Shown here piece after piece: positions 10,195 to 19,138 of a DNA stretch of 45,013 bases. Origin of the DNA: an uncultured bacterium (GTDB lineage Bacteria > Planctomycetota > SZUA-567 > H5-PLA8 > CALKMO01); NCBI GenBank assembly GCA_937991785.1, contig CALKMO010000208.1, positions 1 to 45,013 of the forward strand. Direction: 5' to 3'. How positions within the stretch are numbered: the stretch's first letter is position 1; every line of letters starts with the position of its first letter. Made by a program: the position numbers and the translations under genes. The notes beneath the pieces are model-generated. The model searched no databases, had not been told where the DNA came from, and saw nothing but the letters and a program-made list of their open reading frames with translations.

Positions 10195-10859
10195 GACAAA
10201 CCTCCTCGCATTCGCACCAGGCGCCGCACGCCACCGAATAAATGTTAGCACGAGGCGCCGACGTGGCAAGGATGCATCCGGCAGCCCGGGAGGATTTGAA
10301 GTCCTGCTTTTTCATGTCGGTGCGCAGTATTCGTTCGCAGGCCGGAGGAGGTTCGCATTTTAGCAGAGAGGTCTTTTGCAAACCCTGAAAAATAGCAAGC
10401 CAGGGATCGAACCCGACAAGCAATTTTTCAGCGGACAGAGAATAGTTGTCTGGGCGCCAGAGATATCTCGCGGCCAAGCCCGTCCCGGCGAATATGCGCC
10501 AGCGCCCTGTAGACGGCGAAGGATGAATAGGATTAAACCCGGCGTGCCGGCGGAGGATGCGCATCCCCTAGAGGGCGCGTAACAGGCAAGGCCTTCCTTA
10601 GCCGCCGCCATCCTATATGCTTGACTATGCATCGAGGGGGCGCTAAATGGTGCGTCACGCGTCGCGCGCAGTCGACGGGATCGCTTCGAACGATGCAAGG
10701 CCGAAAGGACTTGAGCTCGAATCGGAAGAGGCCGGTGGGAGGGCTTCTGTCGAATTGCATTGCGTCCTCCTTCCCGTTCGGCCGGAGCTCGAAGATGGAG
10801 GCGGCGGTTAGTCATGGGCGATCGGCGGTGGAGAAAACAGCCTGGGAGGACATAAGAGA

Positions 10860-11735
10860 ATGAGCACGATACGACACATCAGGGTCGAGGCCGAATATCT
10901 GCCTGAGGCGTACGAAAAAGCGATACTGGCCGTGTGGGACCACGGGACGCCGATGAAGACCGAGTATGACAGGATCGGCGACCCGGAGTCGCGCGATGCG
11001 CACGTGACGGTGGCGGTAAAAAATCCCTTCGCAGTTCCCCGGTATCATCTGAACATCCCCGGAGGGCCGGCCGATCTGCAGACATACATCATGGAAGTGA
11101 TAGACGGCATACACGATCACTGGATGGATCCCGCTTCCCCGAACAAGTGGAAGTACACCTATCACGAGAGACTGTTCGCCTACCCGGTCATCGAAGCCGA
11201 CGGCCGGATGCGCAGGATCAACCAGATTGAAAGCATCTGCCGCAGGCTGGCCGAATGCCCCCACACTCGGCGGGCGCAGGCAGCCACTTGGCGGCCGGGT
11301 TACGACAACGAGATAGACGATCCGCCGTGCCTCCAGCGCATATGGTGCCGCCTGGTCCCGAAGGCGTGCGGGGACGGGCCTGGCGCGAAATCGTACGCGC
11401 TTCAGATGCATACTTGCTGGCGCAGCCGCGACCTGTACAAGGCGTGGTTTTTCAACGTCGTGGCGATGACCGAGCTCCAAGCGTACATCTCGAATCGAAT
11501 ATCGGAGCTCGGCGGCTTCGACGTTTCGGTCGGCGAATACCACGACACGGCCGACAGCCTCCACATCTACGGGTCCTACTTCGGGGAGGCGCTGCCGAGA
11601 ATAGAGAAGATGCGGGATGGGAATTGGCGCGCCCGGTCGGTCGACGGAGAGAAGATGGATATCTGGCGCGAGATAATGGCCGAGCAAAGGGCCGCGCTGC
11701 TCGCCGAAGCCGAAAAGGAAGGGCGAAAGCTCTGA
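10860..11735 (+). CDS. thymidylate synthase-fold enzyme, archaeal-type ThyA-like
   Basis: Catalytic Cys motif 'DDPPCLQRIW', phosphate-binding 'HTRRAQAATW', 'CWRSRDLYKAWFFNVVAM' (the RSxD..FN motif with Asn retained, suggesting dUMP) and 'DSLHIYG'. A GGGAGGA RBS lies upstream of the ATG. Confidence 0.75.
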   Translation: MSTIRHIRVEAEYLPEAYEKAILAVWDHGTPMKTEYDRIGDPESRDAHVTVAVKNPFAVPRYHLNIPGGPADLQTYIMEVIDGIHDHWMDPASPNKWKYTYHERLFAYPVIEADGRMRRINQIESICRRLAECPHTRRAQAATWRPGYDNEIDDPPCLQRIWCRLVPKACGDGPGAKSYALQMHTCWRSRDLYKAWFFNVVAMTELQAYISNRISELGGFDVSVGEYHDTADSLHIYGSYFGEALPRIEKMRDGNWRARSVDGEKMDIWREIMAEQRAALLAEAEKEGRKL

Positions 11736-11841
11736 CCGGCAGCGTGCGCCCGGAACCAGGAAACGGACGCGCGGCATCGGCCCGGAGGAGACGAAGGCGG
11801 GCCTAAGGACTACCGATGGAGCGGGAGACATTGAGCGACGG

Positions 11842-12666
11842 ATGCGACAAGAGGCCGACATACGACTGGTGGCCCTCGACCTTGACGGCACACTGCTGAA
11901 CGGCCGGAAGGAAATCCCGCAGGCCAATATCGAGGCGCTGAGAGAATGCGAGAGGCGCGGCATACGCATCGTGCTGGCATCCGGACGCATGACGCCCTCG
12001 ATGGAGCGCCCGGCGGATGCGCTCGGCGCCGATACGTTCCTCATAAGCTACAACGGCGCCGTGATATGCGCATCGCGGGCCGACGGACGCGGGAGGCTGG
12101 AACATAGGCCCCTTCCGGCCGAGACGGCCGCCGAACTGATACGTTTCGGCCTCGCTCGGAGATACATGTTCAACTTCTACCACGAGGACAGACTGTACGG
12201 TCCGTCCGCATCCGACCTGCGGCGCTTCGCCGATATCTACTCGTCGCGCACCGGCGCGGCCTACGAGTTTCTGGACGACTTCTCGCGGATGGACGGCATC
12301 TCCCCAAGCAAATTCCTCTACGTGACCGAGCCGGATGAAAGGGAATGTCTCGTGAAGGAGCTGCTTCCGATATACGGCGGGCGGTGCACTATTGTGCGTA
12401 CGGATCCGGAGTATCTGGAATTTCTCGGCCCCGGCGTTGACAAAGGGACCGCGCTCGCGCGCCTGCTCGGCATTCTCGGGCTGCGTAAGGAGCACGCTAT
12501 GGCCATCGGTGACGGAGACAACGACGTCCCTTTGCTTTCCGCCGCCGGGACGCCCGTGGCCATGGCCAACGCTTCGCCGCCGTGCAAGGCCGCCGCCATC
12601 TGGATCACCGGCCGCGACAACGACGAAGGCGGAGTGGCGGAAGCGCTGGAGCGCTTCTTGTTTTGA
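11842..12666 (+). CDS. Cof-type HAD-IIB family hydrolase (sugar/nucleotide phosphatase-like)
   Basis: HAD motif I 'LVALDLDGTLL', then 'LASGR' and motif IV 'AIGDGDNDVPLL'. Confidence 0.85.
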   Translation: MRQEADIRLVALDLDGTLLNGRKEIPQANIEALRECERRGIRIVLASGRMTPSMERPADALGADTFLISYNGAVICASRADGRGRLEHRPLPAETAAELIRFGLARRYMFNFYHEDRLYGPSASDLRRFADIYSSRTGAAYEFLDDFSRMDGISPSKFLYVTEPDERECLVKELLPIYGGRCTIVRTDPEYLEFLGPGVDKGTALARLLGILGLRKEHAMAIGDGDNDVPLLSAAGTPVAMANASPPCKAAAIWITGRDNDEGGVAEALERFLF

Positions 12667-13005
12667 CACGCCGGGCCGGTCGCCATATATAGTTTTGCCG
12701 ATGAGTCGTTCGACGGTCTTCTCTTGGCACCCTTAGGGGAGCCGTGGCACGGTAGGATGTTGCGGCGGGACGGGAGCCGGCGACCGCAGGCGGGCGGTCG
12801 GACCGCGGGATCGGGTCCGGTTGCGGCTACATTGGAAAAACTTGCGCGCGCATCCTGGCGCGTCCAGAGAGCCGGCGGTCGCCACCCAGTGCCCGATCGC
12901 CGCTTCGGGATATCGCGGCCGCACGGCAAGCAGCACAGGGGAGCGGCCCAAGTCTTCGAAAAGACGCGGGCGGCCGTAAGCGGGGGGGCGGGATCGCAGA
13001 CTGAT

Positions 13006-14007
13006 ATGACCAGGGACGCGGATAAAGCCTCTGCGGACGGGAAGGCCGCGGCTGCAGGGAGACTGAGAGGCGAGGCGGAAGAAGCCGCCGTGCGCGACGG
13101 CACTGCGGACGGCACTTCCCAGTGGATCGAAGCGGCTGCCCGCTACAAGGCCGTGCTGATCGGCGTGCCGGTGATCTCGGCGCTTTCAGTGGTGGCGGTA
13201 GCGCTCGGCCGAATCTACGTCGAATCCGTAGAGATGGATGCTTGGACGCGGTATGAAAAGGCTTTGAGCGTCGAGGGCGAACCGATCAAAAAGTTGGAGG
13301 CCGTGGAGAGTCTCCTGAGATCGCTGGAATCCCGCGACGTGTTCCCCTTCGCCGTCATGCACCTGGCCAGAGGCTACTACGACGAGGCAATGAAAAAGCC
13401 GCCGAACTCCCCCGAGCGCGCCGCTATGCTCGACAAAGCCCTGGCATGGTACGAGACGTTCAACAGCCGGGCCGGGAACCACGTACTGGCCCCTTTGGGT
13501 CTCGAGGGTGAGGGGCTGGTCAAAGAGGAGAAAGGCGATTTGGACGGCGCAATAGCCGTGTTGTCGAAGGCTCATGCCGCCTACGCCACGCACTGGATCG
13601 CCCCGAAACTGTTCTACGACCTCGGCAGATGCCATTACCTTCGTTACCTGGAAAAGGGCAGGCCGGAAGACATGGATGAAGCACGCCGCTGGCTGGGCAG
13701 GGCGCGCGAGTTCACCATCGAGAGGGAGATTTCGCATCCTTCATTCAGGGGAAGGAGTTTCCCGTTCTTATGGAGGCGGGACGTTGATTTCCTGATGGCC
13801 GTCATTTCGAAACCGGGCCCGGCCATACCGGACGGCAAGGCGCCTCCGGAGAGGAAAAAGGAAGGCGGCAAGCCTGATGAATCTCCCGCTCCAGCTGGCG
13901 AGGGTAAAACGCTCGGCGCAGGCGCGGATCCTTCGAAAAGCGCGGAACCAGGTGGCAAATCATCCGCCGGCCAGGACGCGGTAGGAGGATCGGGAGAAGG
14001 CAAGTAG
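13006..14007 (+). CDS. membrane-anchored TPR-like repeat protein with a Lys/Pro/Gly-rich tail
   Basis: I chose the ATG at 13006 inside track ORF 12724..14007. It has a single TM segment 'AVLIGVPVISALSVVAVALG' followed by helical repeat-like sequence ('ALAWYETF', 'GDLDGAIAVLSKA', 'YDLGRCHYLRY'). I recognise no specific family. Confidence 0.5.
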   Translation: MTRDADKASADGKAAAAGRLRGEAEEAAVRDGTADGTSQWIEAAARYKAVLIGVPVISALSVVAVALGRIYVESVEMDAWTRYEKALSVEGEPIKKLEAVESLLRSLESRDVFPFAVMHLARGYYDEAMKKPPNSPERAAMLDKALAWYETFNSRAGNHVLAPLGLEGEGLVKEEKGDLDGAIAVLSKAHAAYATHWIAPKLFYDLGRCHYLRYLEKGRPEDMDEARRWLGRAREFTIEREISHPSFRGRSFPFLWRRDVDFLMAVISKPGPAIPDGKAPPERKKEGGKPDESPAPAGEGKTLGAGADPSKSAEPGGKSSAGQDAVGGSGEGK

Positions 14008-14253
14008 GGCTTAGGCGCCGGGAGCAGGCATATGGCGCCCGTGTCCGCCGCGTGCGGGGGAAAGCGCTTGGGCGCTTGCCCCGGCTGAGTTGCCATCCGC
14101 CTTTGGCGATGGAGCCTGCCGCGAAATGGCGGAACGCCGCTAGGACGGAACGGTCGGATGGACGGGCGCACGGAAGCCATGCGGCGCTTGCCCGATTGAC
14201 TCACCGCGGCGTTTCCAGGCCGCCGGTGGCTCGCAACCTCGGTTCGGGGAAGG

Positions 14254-15363
14254 ATGAGCGAAAAGCAGGGTAAGGGCGGATCGTCTCCCGCGGAATCCTG
14301 GGCCGACCGCAGGCTGGCGGCGGTCGAGCGCATCGAGCTTGATGTTCCGGCGGAAGCCCGCGGCGAGCGCTTGGACCGACACATCGCCGGCCGCATACCC
14401 GACCTATCCAGGTCGTATGTCCAGCGGCTCATACGCAACGGCCTCGTCCTCGTTGGCGGAAGGCCGACAAAACCCGGCAGAGAACTGAAGGGCGGCGAAC
14501 GCGTCGAGGTCTCCATTCCCGACCCCGGCGAGATGTCCGCCGACCCGGAGGACATACCGCTTGAAGTCCTCCACGAAGACGACTCCATAATTGTAGTCAA
14601 CAAACCGGCGGGCATGGTCGTTCATCCGGGCCACGGACATCCGCGGGGCACGCTGGTCAATGCATTGGCGTGGCGGTGCCGCTCGCTGTCGTCCGTCGGC
14701 GGTCCGCTCCGTGCCGGGATAGTCCACCGGCTGGATCGCGACACTTCCGGCGTCATCGTCGCGGCCAAGGGCGACGATGTTCACAGGAGACTTGCCGAGC
14801 AGTTCGCCGGGCGTACTGTGCGCAAGGAATACCTTGCGATAGTCCGCGGCAAACCCAGCGCAGAAAAATTCTCGTCCGGCGCTCCGCTTGGCCGCCATCC
14901 GAAGATGCGATTGAAAATAACGGTGCGGCATGACGGAGGGCGTGAAGCCTTGACGGAATTCGAGGTTATGGCCGCGTCGCGTTCGTTCGCCCTACTGAAG
15001 GCCCTCCCTAAAACCGGAAGGACGCATCAAATACGAGTGCACCTGTCGAGGCTCGGCCTGCCTATCCTGTGCGATCCGCTGTATGGGAAGGAATCCGCTA
15101 TAACCGCATCGGAACTGCGTGGCGGGAAGCCGGTCCCAGGCGAACCGGCCGTAATCTCGCGCCACGCCCTACACGCGTTTAGGATCGAATTCGATCACCC
15201 CGTCATGGACAGCCGCGTCGCATTCTCGGCCCCGCCGCCGGCGGATTTTGAGGCCGCGGCGAGAATCGTCACCGCATCGCGAATTCCCCCCAATGGGCGG
15301 CCGGATACTGCGGACGGGGCGGCGGAGGCCTACGAAAGCCTATACGATATCCTTCGGCTATAG
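14254..15363 (+). CDS. rluD: RluA/RluD-family 23S rRNA pseudouridine synthase
   Basis: S4 domain 'RLDRHIAGRIPDLSRSYVQRLIRNGLVLVGG', catalytic 'HRLDRDTSGVIV' and 'GRTHQIRVHL'. Confidence 0.85.
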   Translation: MSEKQGKGGSSPAESWADRRLAAVERIELDVPAEARGERLDRHIAGRIPDLSRSYVQRLIRNGLVLVGGRPTKPGRELKGGERVEVSIPDPGEMSADPEDIPLEVLHEDDSIIVVNKPAGMVVHPGHGHPRGTLVNALAWRCRSLSSVGGPLRAGIVHRLDRDTSGVIVAAKGDDVHRRLAEQFAGRTVRKEYLAIVRGKPSAEKFSSGAPLGRHPKMRLKITVRHDGGREALTEFEVMAASRSFALLKALPKTGRTHQIRVHLSRLGLPILCDPLYGKESAITASELRGGKPVPGEPAVISRHALHAFRIEFDHPVMDSRVAFSAPPPADFEAAARIVTASRIPPNGRPDTADGAAEAYESLYDILRL

Positions 15364-15612
15364 CCGAATAGGAGATCGGCCGCATAATGTGCCCATGCGC
15401 TGACGGGTCGTAGCGGAATTCAGCCGCGGCGCGCATCCGCTTGTATCGGCCGTAAGGCTCGGACGCGCCGAACAGAAGCAAGGCTGCGCGAAAAGACATC
15501 AATAGGAAACGCACGACATATAAGCGCCGGCCGCAAAGGAGGACGTTCGGCTATTCCCGCGGAGCGGGCGCCAAGGAGGGCGGGAAAGGGCACTAAGGCG
15601 GGCGGGGGGGGA

Positions 15613-17229
15613 GTGGAGGAAGGCGCGATGGGATGGGATTTCCTGATAAAGGGAGGTTCGGTAGTGGATGGGACGGGGGCCCCGGCGTTTCGCGCCGACG
15701 TTGCGGTAGAAGGCGGCCGCATAACCGAGATCGCCCTGGATCTTGCCGCTTCCTACACCGGTCTTGCGTCAGGCGCGGTTGTTATCGAGGCCGACGGCCG
15801 CATCGTATGCCCCGGATTCATAGACGCCCACGCGCACGGCGAGCTGGAGCCGCTGGCCGACCCTTCCGCCGCATCAAAGGCCCTGAGCGGCGTCACCACG
15901 GAGATATGCGGCAACTGCGGCTTCTCGCCGTTCCCGATGGTCGGAGCGGCGCGCGAAGCGATGGAGCCGGCTTCGACGGAGATAGGAATAGAGCGGGACT
16001 GGACTACTGCGGCAGAATACTTCGAACGCCTTGAGAAACGCGGGGCAACTATAAACCGAGCCTTTTTGGTCGGACACGGTACGGTCAGGTCGGCCGCAGG
16101 GGCGCTCGGATCCGAACCTCCATCGCCAAGCCAATCGGCGGATATGCGCCGATTCTTGGAAGACGCGCTGGACGCCGGCTGCATCGGCATGTCCACGGGA
16201 TTGATCTATCCGCCGGGCTGCTTTTCCTCCACTGACGAGATAGTCGGACTGGCATCCATATGCGCAAGGAGGAACCGCATATACGCCAGTCACATAAGGG
16301 GCGAGGGCAACACGCTGATCGAGGCGATAGAGGAAGCTCTGGAAATCGGACGCAGGAGCGGCGCCAGGGTGCAGATATCGCACCTCAAGGCTTCCGGCAG
16401 GAACAATTGGCATAAGATCGAAAAGTTGGAAGAGGTCTTAAGCCGAGCCCGCAGGGAAGGGCTCGATTTCCACGCCGACCAGTATCCTTACACGGCTACC
16501 TGCACCGGGCTGGACGCAGTTCTGCCGAATTGGGCTTATGAGGGCGGCGTCAAGCGCGAGATGGAACGCCTCAAGGACGATTCCATGGTCCGCAGGATGG
16601 AACGGGAGATACACGAGAGGGCCGGGCGCGAGGGATACTGGCACGAGGTCATGGTCCTTTGGGCCGGAGGCGATATGCCGGAAGCGGCCGGCAGGACAGC
16701 CTCGGCCATAGCCTCCGAATGGAAGACGTCCCCTTTCGAAGCGGTCAGAAGGATACTGATAGGGACGAGATGCCGAGCCTCGGCGGTTTACTTCAGCCTC
16801 AGCGAGGAGAACGTCAGACGCATAATGAAATGGGACTTCGTGATGGTAGGCTCGGATTCGACCGCCCGCAACACGTCGGGGCCTACGGCCAAGGGAGGAC
16901 GTTGTCATCCTCGGACGTTCGGGACGTTCCCCCGCGTCCTTGGACGCTACGTGCGCGAGGAGAAGGTGCTCGGCATGGAGGAAGCCGTGCGGAAGATGAC
17001 ATCCATGGCCGCGGATGCCTTCCGCCTCGAAGGTCGCGGCAGGATAGCGCGCGGCTGCGTCGCCGACATCGTAGTATTCGATCCGGAAAAGATCGCGGAC
17101 ACGGCGACGTTCGAGTCGCCGATGCGCTTCCCGGTCGGCATAGAACACGTTCTGGTGGCAGGCCGCAGGATAGTGGCGGACGGCAGATTGACCGGCGAGA
17201 TGCCCGGCAGGATACTGAGGGCCGGCTGA
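15613..17229 (+). CDS. N-acyl-D-amino-acid deacylase (D-aminoacylase) family amidohydrolase
   Basis: 'DFLIKGGSVVDGTG...GRI', 'CPGFIDAHAHGE', 'SHIRGEG', 'QISHLK' and 'VGSDS'. ATG 15628 is an alternative start to GTG 15613. Confidence 0.8.
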   Translation: MEEGAMGWDFLIKGGSVVDGTGAPAFRADVAVEGGRITEIALDLAASYTGLASGAVVIEADGRIVCPGFIDAHAHGELEPLADPSAASKALSGVTTEICGNCGFSPFPMVGAAREAMEPASTEIGIERDWTTAAEYFERLEKRGATINRAFLVGHGTVRSAAGALGSEPPSPSQSADMRRFLEDALDAGCIGMSTGLIYPPGCFSSTDEIVGLASICARRNRIYASHIRGEGNTLIEAIEEALEIGRRSGARVQISHLKASGRNNWHKIEKLEEVLSRARREGLDFHADQYPYTATCTGLDAVLPNWAYEGGVKREMERLKDDSMVRRMEREIHERAGREGYWHEVMVLWAGGDMPEAAGRTASAIASEWKTSPFEAVRRILIGTRCRASAVYFSLSEENVRRIMKWDFVMVGSDSTARNTSGPTAKGGRCHPRTFGTFPRVLGRYVREEKVLGMEEAVRKMTSMAADAFRLEGRGRIARGCVADIVVFDPEKIADTATFESPMRFPVGIEHVLVAGRRIVADGRLTGEMPGRILRAG

Positions 17230-17359
17230 AGACGGCGGCCCGAGGGGAACCACCCGGCGCCAGCCCCATGCGTTCGCGAACCCGGCTACTTCCAATTACG
17301 GCGATATCCTCCGTGCGGATGAACGCCTATGCATTCGCGCGCGGACTCCCCCTCGCCGC

Positions 17360-19006
17360 TCACGGCCAGCGTATTCCCAGTTCCGCAATCCCGATCGCGG
17401 CCAGGTTGAAATCTCGCCGGACGCTATCTGCCTCCTCGGCGGTCCGCGTCAACACAAGCACCGCTTCCGGCGCTAAGGAAGGAAGGACGATATCGCCACG
17501 CCGACGCCACTCCTTTTCCCGCGTCCAGTCGCAGTCCGGAGGCCGGTGCTTCTGGAACAGAAACCGGCGATCTTCAGGCAAGGCGCCGAAACAGTCCTCG
17601 GGCAGATATAGGACCGGCTCGATTCCAGCGGCCTCGGCAGCTTCGCGCCGTATGCATACCGCGTAAGGCTCGAACGACCATCTGACCAAGTGCGGGCACC
17701 AGCCCGCGACCTCCGCCGCTTCCCATGGCGACAGCGCCGTCAGCGACACCGCCGCCTCGCCCCCGCGTATCAATCTGCCGGAGGCCCGTATGCGGCCTTC
17801 GGCGAGTATGCGCCTGAGCGTATCCATCCCGTTTCTCGGCCTGCCGAGCGCGGCCAGATCGCGTATGTACTCGGCCCGGCTCTGCCCAGGGAACGGTCCG
17901 CGGAAGGCGCGGGTATAGTGCGCGAGGAAATCCCATCCGCGGCGAAGCTCGCCGGGCGACGGCACCGTAGATAAAAGGCCGCTTGCAGCACTCCGCGGGC
18001 GCGGTTCCGAAGAAGAACCCGCTTCTTCCGGCGAACCGTCCTCCCAGGATTCGGATGCCGGACTTCCCAAAAGAGCCTCTCCCGGCGGCTTCATCCGGCC
18101 TGATTCCGCAGCCCCATGCGGTCTTGCGGCGTCAAATTTGGATTCGGCGGCCGCTACCGGTCCGGCGTATGTTGCCGATCCCGGCGAACCGCCGGTCCGA
18201 AGCGACCAGACTGCCGAGGCGATACGCGCGCCTCGCTTCTCTAGCGTATCCCTGACCTTTGCCGGCAGGCATCCGCAAGGCAATATTTCGACAGGCATTC
18301 CGGCGGCCAGCCGCGCCAGCGCGAGGCGTTCCATACGCCCTCCGGACCTGACGGAGACTGCGACGGCCATCGAGGCTATTCCGGCGGCCAGGGCGTCGCG
18401 CGTCGCCATCGAGACCTCCTTGGGAAGGCGCGGGCTTCCAGGAGGAAATACGGATATCCACAGAGTCTTCCCGTAGGTGTAGAGTCCGCGGTTTCTATCG
18501 TAGAACGCCGCACGCCGCGTCTCTTCCAGCATCCCAGGCACGGGCCCTTCTAGCGCGACTATCATAGCCGCGCCCGCCTCGGCCGCCCCCTGCGCCGCCG
18601 CTTCGTGCAGGTCCAGCCCCAATCCGGCTACTATGACCCGGCCGGTTTCAGACGCTCCGAACACCAGCGCCCGCGTAGCCAAAAGCCAATCCAGTCCGCC
18701 GCGCACGCCGCGCGTCCGCCGCGAATTCATAGCGAATACGGAAGGCGCTTTCAGCAAATCCAGCGGCCCTTCGCAAAAAAGCGGCAGCCCTCGAAGCCGA
18801 TCGTCGAGCGATCCCGGACCGGCGGGATATTCCGGATCTGAATGAGTAAGGAGACGGACGCCGGGAGGCAACACCGGAGCAGCCGAACTCCAGATTGGGT
18901 TCCCAAACGGCGAAACGCCGGACTTCGCTCTATCCAAAGGCGACGGAGAAGAGCCTCCAGGAGAAAGGCTCTCGAACTTGCAACCATCTCCGTCTTTCGG
19001 AGCCAT
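17360..19006 (-). CDS. divergent DprA/Smf-like (SLOG-fold) domain fused to an uncharacterised ~210-aa C-terminal domain
   Basis: N-terminal half is co-linear with the DprA Rossmann core: 'DPEYPAG', 'VFAMNSRRTRG', 'VIVAGLGLDLHEAAAQGA' (compare SGLARGIDAAAH), 'MIVALEGP' and 'ISVFPPGSPRLPKEVSMATRDALAAGIASMAVAVSVRSGG'. This is followed by a Ser/Pro/Gly/Ala-rich linker. The C-terminal domain has 'AHYTRAF', 'LRRILAEGRIRASG', 'AVSLT', 'EPYAVCIRREAAEAAGIEPVLY' and 'REKEWRRRGDIVL'. Confidence 0.6.
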   Translation of the reverse strand: MAPKDGDGCKFESLSPGGSSPSPLDRAKSGVSPFGNPIWSSAAPVLPPGVRLLTHSDPEYPAGPGSLDDRLRGLPLFCEGPLDLLKAPSVFAMNSRRTRGVRGGLDWLLATRALVFGASETGRVIVAGLGLDLHEAAAQGAAEAGAAMIVALEGPVPGMLEETRRAAFYDRNRGLYTYGKTLWISVFPPGSPRLPKEVSMATRDALAAGIASMAVAVSVRSGGRMERLALARLAAGMPVEILPCGCLPAKVRDTLEKRGARIASAVWSLRTGGSPGSATYAGPVAAAESKFDAARPHGAAESGRMKPPGEALLGSPASESWEDGSPEEAGSSSEPRPRSAASGLLSTVPSPGELRRGWDFLAHYTRAFRGPFPGQSRAEYIRDLAALGRPRNGMDTLRRILAEGRIRASGRLIRGGEAAVSLTALSPWEAAEVAGWCPHLVRWSFEPYAVCIRREAAEAAGIEPVLYLPEDCFGALPEDRRFLFQKHRPPDCDWTREKEWRRRGDIVLPSLAPEAVLVLTRTAEEADSVRRDFNLAAIGIAELGIRWP

Positions 19007-19138
19007 GGTCGTTACCCTGCAAAATACGGCTGAACCGTTCGCCCCATCATTAGACCCTGCCGTTTGGAAGGGAGCCGTTTCCAGTTCGACATCGTACGGA
19101 GCAGGCTGCGCTCCCCGCCGAATAATTTCGGCGCAGCG

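Noticed and set aside
10398-10420. GGTTCGATCC T-arm-like sequence on the minus strand, a possible tRNA.
   Set aside because: The putative 3' acceptor strand (CTTGCTA) has no complementary 5' strand ~70 nt upstream. I could build no D arm or anticodon arm, and there is no CCA. I treat it as at most a tRNA fragment (see finding on 10270-10859).
10671-10690. GTCGACGGGAT, resembling the 5' TCGACGGGAT element of tmRNA. On the opposite strand there is also a 'PDNYSLSAE' reading resembling an SsrA tag.
   Set aside because: The spacing from a GGGG 5' end is wrong. No in-frame stop follows the tag-like peptide. No properly placed tRNA-like 3' domain with CCA exists. The available non-coding space (~230 nt to the next gene) is too short.
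10812-12044. 410-aa minus-strand ORF spanning the thyA-like and HAD genes.
   Set aside because: It is antisense to two genes with clear catalytic motifs. The translation is Arg/Pro/Ser-rich low-complexity sequence, typical of shadow frames in high-GC DNA.
12724-13005. Upstream 94 codons of the 427-aa ORF (the TPR-like protein).
   Set aside because: The extension is Arg/Gly/Pro-rich and looks non-coding. The first plausible protein-like sequence starts at ATG 13006, just before the TM anchor. The start remains uncertain.
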